NCBI RefSeq assembly: GCF_016841685.1
Contig: NZ_JAENYR010000010.1
Coordinates: 3,000 to 66,999 of the forward strand
DNA from: Thiohalomonas denitrificans
GTDB taxonomy: Bacteria > Pseudomonadota > Gammaproteobacteria > Thiohalomonadales > Thiohalomonadaceae
Reading direction: 5' to 3'
DNA: 64,000 nt
Position numbers and translations under genes: made by a program. Under the pieces are notes generated by a model. The model ran no database searches and was not told the origin of the DNA. It worked only from the letters and a program-made list of their open reading frames with translations. Shown here piece after piece: positions 9,456 through 15,731 of this stretch (position 1 is the stretch's first letter; each line of letters starts with the position of its first letter).

Positions 9456-9934
9456 AACGATATTGCCTGCCAACTCTGCTGATCCTTTCGCTGGCCTTGA
9501 ATGCTGGTGTTCTGGGCATGGGTGGTATCTATCTGGCCGAAAGCTGGCTCGGTCCCAAGCCGGCCCAGGGGCACACCATGCTTGTTCACTATCTTGAGTT
9601 GGACGGAGAGCAGCGCCTGATCTGGCAGGAGAAGGAAAAAGGCTTTATGGACGACCTGACCAGTGCTTGGCAACAGATCCATGGTCATCGCGAAAAAATG
9701 ATACGTGAGATATTTTCCGATTCGCCGGATCAGGAGTTGATCGAAATCCAGCGCGCGGCCATATCTCAAGTCCAGGAGCAGCAGCAAAACTACGTGATTG
9801 CGCAGATGATGGCCGAGAGGGAAATACTCGATGCGCAGCAGCGTCAGAAATTGGCTGATCTTCTGATTCAGCAAAACCCGATAGGTTCCCTCGAAGAAGT
9901 CCTCGCCGACGAGCTCCATCACCCCGACCACTGA
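9452..9934 (+). CDS. Periplasmic Spy/CpxP/CnrX-like helical sensor (heavy-metal sensor family)
   Basis: N-terminal anchor LLILSLALNAGVLG, repeated LDxxQR helices, His-rich tail DELHHPDH; ATGA overlap with the anti-sigma. Confidence 0.75.
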   Translation: MKRYCLPTLLILSLALNAGVLGMGGIYLAESWLGPKPAQGHTMLVHYLELDGEQRLIWQEKEKGFMDDLTSAWQQIHGHREKMIREIFSDSPDQELIEIQRAAISQVQEQQQNYVIAQMMAEREILDAQQRQKLADLLIQQNPIGSLEEVLADELHHPDH

Positions 9935-10172
9935 ACCGGTGCGGTAGGGTGCCGGCCCGGCCGCATCCTTGTACTGTGTTGAATCGAAGCCCCGGACCGT
10001 GACCGTTTGGTAAGTAATATTGATACTGGGCTTCTATTGGCTCGCGTTGAAAAACTCTATCGTCTGCGAATTTCGAATTAAAAACTCCCTCATCTTTTAA
10101 AGCTGGCAAGAAATGGCGGAACTCGGTTCTTGCCTTCGCGTTAAAACTCTTTTTTATGTTTTTATCATTTTA

Positions 10173-10188
10173 TTATATTGAAATATAA
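10173..10188. promoter_or_regulatory. Palindromic operator candidate TTATATT-N2-AATATAA (copy 1)
   Basis: TTATATTGAAATATAA; same arms at 34096-34111. Confidence 0.5.
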
Positions 10189-10266
10189 CTAATTAATCTT
10201 TTTATTTTATGATACTTCCGGGTAGTATTCTATTAGCTGGACAATCACGATTTTTATGAAATAAAA

Positions 10267-10291
10267 GGAACCTTCGCCCTGCATGCTCGTT
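10267..10291 (+). promoter_or_regulatory. Putative ECF-dependent promoter of the porin-cyt c'-sox cluster (GGAAC-N16-CGTT)
   Basis: GGAAC at 10267-10271, 16-nt spacer, CGTT at 10288-10291; about 100 bp upstream of the porin ATG. Confidence 0.6.
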
Positions 10292-10392
10292 TATCATAAA
10301 GATTGCGACATTTATCTAGCGTCTGATAATGACCGAGCACGCGTTTTGTGATTAACACAAGACGTGATTATTGCAAAAGGGGGGGAGGACGG

Positions 10393-11835
10393 ATGTGGAA
10401 TAAAAGTGTGCTCGCTTTGGCGGGTGGAGTGCTGTCCATGTTTTCAGTAAACGCCCATGCGGCGAACTGGATAATGATACAGGGAACTGAGCCACCAAAT
10501 TCTGAACCACGCTTCTTTGGTGCGGCTGCGTTGACCTATTCAAATTACCTGGGGTGTGATCGATTGTCCGGTATGGCCGCGCCGGACGGTACCGCGGATG
10601 GGAACCTGAACGCGGGTCCCGGGCTGAATAACGGCTACTACGTAAACAACTGTCGTGTCGGTCCGGAGCTCGAAAACAGGAATAGCGGGGTCAATTTGAA
10701 TGCCCTCGTTTTGGGATCTCGGGGACCGATCACGGATAAAACCAATTACTTTATTACTACCCAGTTCGGTTCCAATGCGGCGACCTACTTACCGATGAAT
10801 ACCGATCGTGAAAGAATCGGGACTCTTACCGATGCCAGTGTTACGTTTAACCACATCCCACGGGCTCGGCTGAAAGCGGGGCTTTTCAAGAAGCCCGGGC
10901 CGGAAGAGCTTATGCAGTCGCTCAAGAATCACAATTTCATCTACTTGACCGACTTCACGAGACGCGATCAGATCGAGCGCTTCGTCACCGGTAACGCTAA
11001 GGGCACACGACCGATTCCGGATCAGGGGACGCCTGTTACTGAAGCCTACGATGCCGACGTCGGGCGGGACTGGGGCGTTCAGCTTTTTGATGCATTCCGT
11101 ATTGCCGACTGGCAGCACACGTATGCGGTAATGGCCGGAAACGGCAATGGAATTCATCATGACGATAACAATAGTGAAAAGGATTTGAATCTATACTGGT
11201 CATCGGAAAAGGACCTTCCTGGCGGTAAAGGGCCGTATAGGCATGGAGTCAAGTTCTATGGCTATCATCAAAAAGGCATACGCAACTTCATCAAGGACGA
11301 CGGAACTTACAGCGAAAATTTTGATCGCATCAGGTACGGCGTGGGTATGAAAGCGTTGGGAAAGCTCGGCGGATACAAGCAGAGATTCGCGGTTGATCTG
11401 ATGTATGCGGACGGCATGGTACTACAATCCGCCGTGACTAGTTGCACTGACTGTCCGTACGGTGGCCAGATACAGATTGCGGCGGAAGAGGGCAACAAGG
11501 CGCGTGGGACCACGATCGATTACGGGTTCTACCTGAATAAGAAGTGGCAGTTCGACGCACGCTGGTCACGTAATAATCTGCTTTATGAGACTGCGGATAA
11601 CACGAAATGGAGTCCCTCGGATGAACGCGTCATTACCGAGTTTGCCATCGGTACCAATTATCACATCAGCCCCAAGACGCGTGTGACCCTGAACTATGTG
11701 TTTCGGGATTCGGAGGCACCCAATGCCGTGCAACATCCCGACCCGAACATAGCTGCGGTGAAGACTCAGAACGCCGAGAACGCCACATCGACGGTCGGTG
11801 ATGTGCTTGGGCTCCGGATAATGCACTTCTTTTGA
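10393..11835 (+). CDS. Outer-membrane beta-barrel / porin (OprO/P-like, uncharacterised)
   Basis: Signal peptide ending AHA, alternating beta-strand pattern, many Tyr/Phe/Trp/Asn, terminal Phe (MHFF); GGAGG RBS before ATG 10393. Confidence 0.7.
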   Translation: MWNKSVLALAGGVLSMFSVNAHAANWIMIQGTEPPNSEPRFFGAAALTYSNYLGCDRLSGMAAPDGTADGNLNAGPGLNNGYYVNNCRVGPELENRNSGVNLNALVLGSRGPITDKTNYFITTQFGSNAATYLPMNTDRERIGTLTDASVTFNHIPRARLKAGLFKKPGPEELMQSLKNHNFIYLTDFTRRDQIERFVTGNAKGTRPIPDQGTPVTEAYDADVGRDWGVQLFDAFRIADWQHTYAVMAGNGNGIHHDDNNSEKDLNLYWSSEKDLPGGKGPYRHGVKFYGYHQKGIRNFIKDDGTYSENFDRIRYGVGMKALGKLGGYKQRFAVDLMYADGMVLQSAVTSCTDCPYGGQIQIAAEEGNKARGTTIDYGFYLNKKWQFDARWSRNNLLYETADNTKWSPSDERVITEFAIGTNYHISPKTRVTLNYVFRDSEAPNAVQHPDPNIAAVKTQNAENATSTVGDVLGLRIMHFF

Positions 11836-11901
11836 TAGATAACCATGGAGGGACAGTTCGGATGTCTTCTCCGACAGCAGGTGGTTTTAGATTCCCGGTA
11901 C

Positions 11902-12058
11902 GTAACTGCTCGCCCGGTTGATCATGCGGGGCATAGGAGATTCGTCATCCCCGCGCAGGCGAACCGTCATCCCCGCGCAGGCGGGGATCCATTTTGAGCC
12001 ATGCCGCTGCTCTCTGGATTCCCGCCTCCGCGGGAATGACGGGGGAGTGAGCAGTTAC
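11902..12058 (+). mobile_element. 157-bp MITE family B copy 1, carrying a nested REP-like palindrome
   Basis: TIR GTAACTGCTC/GAGCAGTTAC; perfect 8-bp flanking direct repeat CCCGGTAC (11894-11901, 12059-12066); 155/157 identical to 40373-40529. Confidence 0.85.
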
Positions 12059-12203
12059 CCCGGTACAAATAAATGGAAGAGGTGCATCAAGCGATCGCAC
12101 TGCACGATAGGTCACCGGGCGCTCACAAAACAGTAGCCAGGGAGCGTCCGGTTTCGGAGGGATTGTAATTGCTTTCAAATGATGAAAAGAGAAGAGGTAT
12201 GAA

Positions 12204-12695
12204 ATGCGTATAAACGGAAAACTGGTCGGGATTTGTTTGATGGGTGCGGTCGGGGTTGGCGCCATTACGGCCTGGGCAGCCGGTGGAGAGCCAGTACCGA
12301 ATCAACTAAAAGACCCCGACCAGAGGATCGTTCTGCAATTGCCGCCGGATGAGCGTCATATGGTGCTGGAGGAGATGCGGAACTTTGTCGTGGCGATCCA
12401 GGAAATTGCCGATGGATTGGCCCGTGATGATTTCGAACAGGTGGCGACGGCGGCGCGCACCATGGGAAGTGGTGCTGCCAACGAGATACCTCCTCGCGTT
12501 GTGAACAAACTTCCGGAAACGTTCAAGCAGCTCGCTGGCAAGGTTCATACTACTTACGATGCGATCGCGTTGGATGCGGGAAGCATGGCCGATACCCAGT
12601 TGGCGCTGGAACAGCTTGGGGACTTATACGGATATTGTGTGGCGTGCCACGCCACCTATCAGATCGAAAAAATCCCGTTTCCTGATGAAAAATAA
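12204..12695 (+). CDS. Periplasmic class II (c'-type) cytochrome c
   Basis: Signal peptide, all-helical body, single C-terminal CVACH heme motif. Confidence 0.8.
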   Translation: MRINGKLVGICLMGAVGVGAITAWAAGGEPVPNQLKDPDQRIVLQLPPDERHMVLEEMRNFVVAIQEIADGLARDDFEQVATAARTMGSGAANEIPPRVVNKLPETFKQLAGKVHTTYDAIALDAGSMADTQLALEQLGDLYGYCVACHATYQIEKIPFPDEK

Positions 12696-12760
12696 CAAAC
12701 ACCGGAGATGGGCCAGGAATCGGCAGAACTGGTTACTAGCATCATGACAGGAGCAAAAAT

Positions 12761-13237
12761 ATGACGATGAACATAAAGCGCAGGACCTTGCTCAAGGGTT
12801 CTTTTGCGGGCGCTACGATGGCGATTGCCGCTGGTGCTGGATTGTTGAAGCCAAGCCGGGTATTGGCGGTTTGGCCGGAAAAAGTCTTCAAGGCAGAGAA
12901 TGTGGAGGGTTTTCTGCAGGACATCTATGGCAATACCAGCCTTCAGGCTAGTGAAGACATTCAAATCCAGGTGCCGGAGATTGCAGAAAACGGCGCTGTT
13001 GTGCCGGTGACAGTCACTACCGGTATAGCGAATGTACAGAGCATTGGACTTGCGGTCGTCAACAACACGAACCCGCTCGCGGCGGTATTTCATATGTCCG
13101 ACAACGCAGACGGTTATGTGTCCACGCGCCTGAAAATGGCCGGAACTTCTGATGTGCTGGCAACGGTGAAGGTGGGAAATGAAACCTTCTTTGCCCGCAA
13201 GGAGGTCAAGGTCACGATCGGTGGTTGTGGCGGCTGA
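12761..13237 (+). CDS. soxY: Thiosulfate oxidation carrier protein SoxY (copy 1)
   Basis: Tat signal RRTLLK, AENGAVVPV, C-terminal KVTIGGCGG. Confidence 0.97.
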   Translation: MTMNIKRRTLLKGSFAGATMAIAAGAGLLKPSRVLAVWPEKVFKAENVEGFLQDIYGNTSLQASEDIQIQVPEIAENGAVVPVTVTTGIANVQSIGLAVVNNTNPLAAVFHMSDNADGYVSTRLKMAGTSDVLATVKVGNETFFARKEVKVTIGGCGG

Positions 13238-13278
13238 ACGATCAGCCAATCAGAACGCAAGAACAGGAGTAAACAGAA

Positions 13279-13593
13279 ATGGCTGGCAGCATCATGATTC
13301 GAGCCAATAAGAAAGGCGAGCTGACTACGGTCAAGGCCTTGATCAAGCACCCGATGGAGACAGGCCTGCGCAAGGACAAGAAGAGCGGGAAGAAAATCCC
13401 GGCCCACTTTATCCAGGAAGTCAGTTGCAAGCATGCCGGTAAAGAGGTGATGAGTGCACAATGGGGCGCCTCCGTATCGAAGAATCCGTACTTCACCTTT
13501 CGTTTCCGCGGCGCAGATAAGGGCGATCGCGTAACGCTGACCTGGGTTGATAACCAGGGCGGCAGCGAGTCCAAGGAAACCGAGGTCGCCTGA
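13279..13593 (+). CDS. soxZ: Thiosulfate oxidation carrier complex protein SoxZ (copy 1)
   Basis: HPMETGLRKD, PAHFIQ, VSKNPY and WVDNQG motifs. Confidence 0.97.
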   Translation: MAGSIMIRANKKGELTTVKALIKHPMETGLRKDKKSGKKIPAHFIQEVSCKHAGKEVMSAQWGASVSKNPYFTFRFRGADKGDRVTLTWVDNQGGSESKETEVA

Positions 13594-13761
13594 TCGTGAG
13601 TCACTGCGCGGGCCGGGGCAGGCCTGCGCAGTTCACCTTGCCTGCAAGTCACGTTTCCGGGCAGGGCGCGGGTGCTGATCCTTTCTGTCAGTGCAAGCCG
13701 AAGTCTCAGGTCTTTGGTTGACGCGTCGCCCTATCGGCAGGGACTGAGTTTTTTTTCTTGC

Positions 13762-13893
13762 GAGCCGTACCCCCTGCTGCGCAGGCTCGAATCAGTGAAG
13801 AGCTGTAACCACGGGGTACACGGGGACCACGGGGTAAAACAGGTTGTTCGAGTTTTTTCTCCCCGTGCGCCCCGTGTTCCCTGTGGTTCGAAA
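13762..13893. repeat. Composite intergenic repeat (gattcg-gcctgcgcagcagggg module plus ACCACGGGG inverted repeat)
   Basis: Module is the reverse complement of 45452-45486; ACCACGGGGTACACGGGG...CCCCGTGTTCCCTGTGGT inverted pair also seen at 45517-45716. Confidence 0.65.
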
Positions 13894-13984
13894 TTCAAGG
13901 GGTGAATCGCGAAATTATTCACGAGGAATGCAGTCATTCTTGACTCTTCGATAATAGCCATAAAAAACCAGGAGGATGGGGGAT

Positions 13985-14452
13985 ATGTCAATCAGACGCG
14001 TTGTGAGTTTTTTGTTGCCTGTGTGCGTCATGCTGACGGTCAGTGCACAGGTGACGGCGGAACAGAAGGAGAAGGTGGCAAAGCCTTCGGAGTTCCCATG
14101 TTTGAGTTACACGGCACCTTGCGGAAAAATCGGTGTGCGGCCGGTCGTGAAAAAGATGCCGCAAGACCTCTCTTTGGGTGATCCGGAAAGGGGGAAACAA
14201 ATCGCCTTCAAACGGAAAAAGGGCAACTGCCTGGCGTGTCACCGAATGAATGGCGGGTCGCAGTCAGGCACGCGAGGTCCCGATTTGAGCCGCTACGGCT
14301 CGTCGGGCCGAACTGCTGCCGAAATATACGCAATGGTATATGACAACCGCTGGCAGTTTCCGGACACCGTTATGCCGCCATTTGGAACGAATGAGGTCCT
14401 GACCGATCGCGAAATCCGTGATGTTGCTGCTTTCCTGCGGGCATCGCGTTAA
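13985..14452 (+). CDS. soxX: SoxX c-type cytochrome (copy 1)
   Basis: GDPERGK...KGNCLACH...GPDL...MPPFG motifs; extra N-terminal Cys pair CLSYTAPC; start chosen by spacing from GGAGG. Confidence 0.92.
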   Translation: MSIRRVVSFLLPVCVMLTVSAQVTAEQKEKVAKPSEFPCLSYTAPCGKIGVRPVVKKMPQDLSLGDPERGKQIAFKRKKGNCLACHRMNGGSQSGTRGPDLSRYGSSGRTAAEIYAMVYDNRWQFPDTVMPPFGTNEVLTDREIRDVAAFLRASR

Positions 14453-14459
14453 GAGGTGC

Positions 14460-15356
14460 ATGATGAAACCGAAAGCCATGTTCGTTGCACTCGCTGGTAT
14501 CTTTGCTGCCTCCGCCTGGGCCGTTGAAACCGAGGATAGGTATCCGCGTACTCCAATCGTCCCGGAGCAGGGAGTTTGGGGAGATCAGGGGTTCTCCAAT
14601 ACGATTCAATATTGGGGTAGCAAAGAGGCCTTGAATAAAAATGCTTCTCTGCAAGATGACCCGGACAATGTCTGGAAACTGAACCATAAACACAAGGATG
14701 GTGATCGGGTCGATATGCACCCGGGGCACATCGGGGTGGAAGAGGGTCGCGAAATGGTGGACTCGTGGAGCAGCAAGAAACCGGAGTTTCTCAAGTGTTT
14801 GTCGGAGGGTAAAGGATCACTGCAAGGACTTGCTGCAAACTATCCGAAATATGATGAGAAGCTCGATCGGATAATGACGGTCGAGGCCCGCATCGAACAC
14901 TGCTCGCAGACCCATTTGCCGAAGCAGATCAAACAGGGCTCGCCAGCCAATACCACTAGCGCCCTCTACGTGAAATCGCTAAGCGCAGGTAAACCGATTC
15001 AGGTTGACCTTTCGTCGGCTCCTGTAGAGCAGGCGTACCAGCGTGGCGAAAAGCTCTTTTACAAACGTATTGGTCAGCTCAATTTCGCCTGTGCATCCTG
15101 CCATACTCCGGGAAGTGTGATGGGACACAAGTTGCGCGGCGAAGTCCCTACGACCCCATTCGGTGATGTGGCGCACTATCCGACCTATCGGACGCCAGTA
15201 GGGGAGTTGGAGCCGTTGCACCTGCGCTTTGTGCGTTGCCACAAACAGATGCGCGCAAAGCCGCTGCCGCCGGGCGATCCGGCTTATACGGACCTCGAAG
15301 TGTTCTTGTCCGTCTTGTCGAATGATTACCCGATTTCGGTTCCTTCATTGCGGTGA
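14460..15356 (+). CDS. soxA: SoxA monoheme c-type cytochrome (copy 1)
   Basis: RIGQLNFACASCH, HYPTYR, RFVRCHKQMRA (axial Cys); first heme site reduced to a Cys pair (FLKCL/IEHCS). Confidence 0.93.
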   Translation: MMKPKAMFVALAGIFAASAWAVETEDRYPRTPIVPEQGVWGDQGFSNTIQYWGSKEALNKNASLQDDPDNVWKLNHKHKDGDRVDMHPGHIGVEEGREMVDSWSSKKPEFLKCLSEGKGSLQGLAANYPKYDEKLDRIMTVEARIEHCSQTHLPKQIKQGSPANTTSALYVKSLSAGKPIQVDLSSAPVEQAYQRGEKLFYKRIGQLNFACASCHTPGSVMGHKLRGEVPTTPFGDVAHYPTYRTPVGELEPLHLRFVRCHKQMRAKPLPPGDPAYTDLEVFLSVLSNDYPISVPSLR

Positions 15357-15731
15357 AAGAGCTTCCATCCTGAAGTATTTAGGTGAGGCAGGGAAGCTTC
15401 CCGTTTTTGAATGCAGCGGCCGCCGGATGGGCTTCACGTTGTGTCACAATGCGCAAGCCGGCGGTCCGAATGCCGGTGTGCCGCCGTTTTTTCGCCCTAC
15501 TGCCCTATTAGTAGCCAGTGACTGCCGCCGTATTCCCAGCGGCCCGAACTGGAAATCCGCATATTCCTCTGCACCACCATCCGCGCCTGCGCTTCCCGAG
15601 GTTTTCCGGCGAGGAGCGTGGCCCAGTTCTGTAGGCTTTCTTCGGATTGCCGTGGCAAGGCCGGTACCGGTAGGATTAGCAGCCGGCGTTCCGGCGCTCT
15701 CTTTCACTGACAACCAACCGCGGGTTTGCGC

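Noticed and set aside
11943-11990. Tandem CGTCATCCCCGCGCAGGCG units resembling a CRISPR repeat
   Set aside because: Only two units with a 3-bp spacer, inside a MITE; no cas genes or spacer array anywhere in the window
11918-12136. Twin ORFs starting MIMRGIGDSSSPRRR (11918 and 40389)
   Set aside because: They are read-through translations of the family B MITE, not a duplicated gene
13330-13420. Possible gene conversion between soxZ1 and soxZ2
   Set aside because: Protein identity is high but synonymous positions differ extensively, so this is purifying selection
15357-15731. 375-bp gap between soxA1 and parC crossed by several ORFs
   Set aside because: No recognisable domain, RBS or consistent frame; treated as intergenic, though a remnant cannot be excluded
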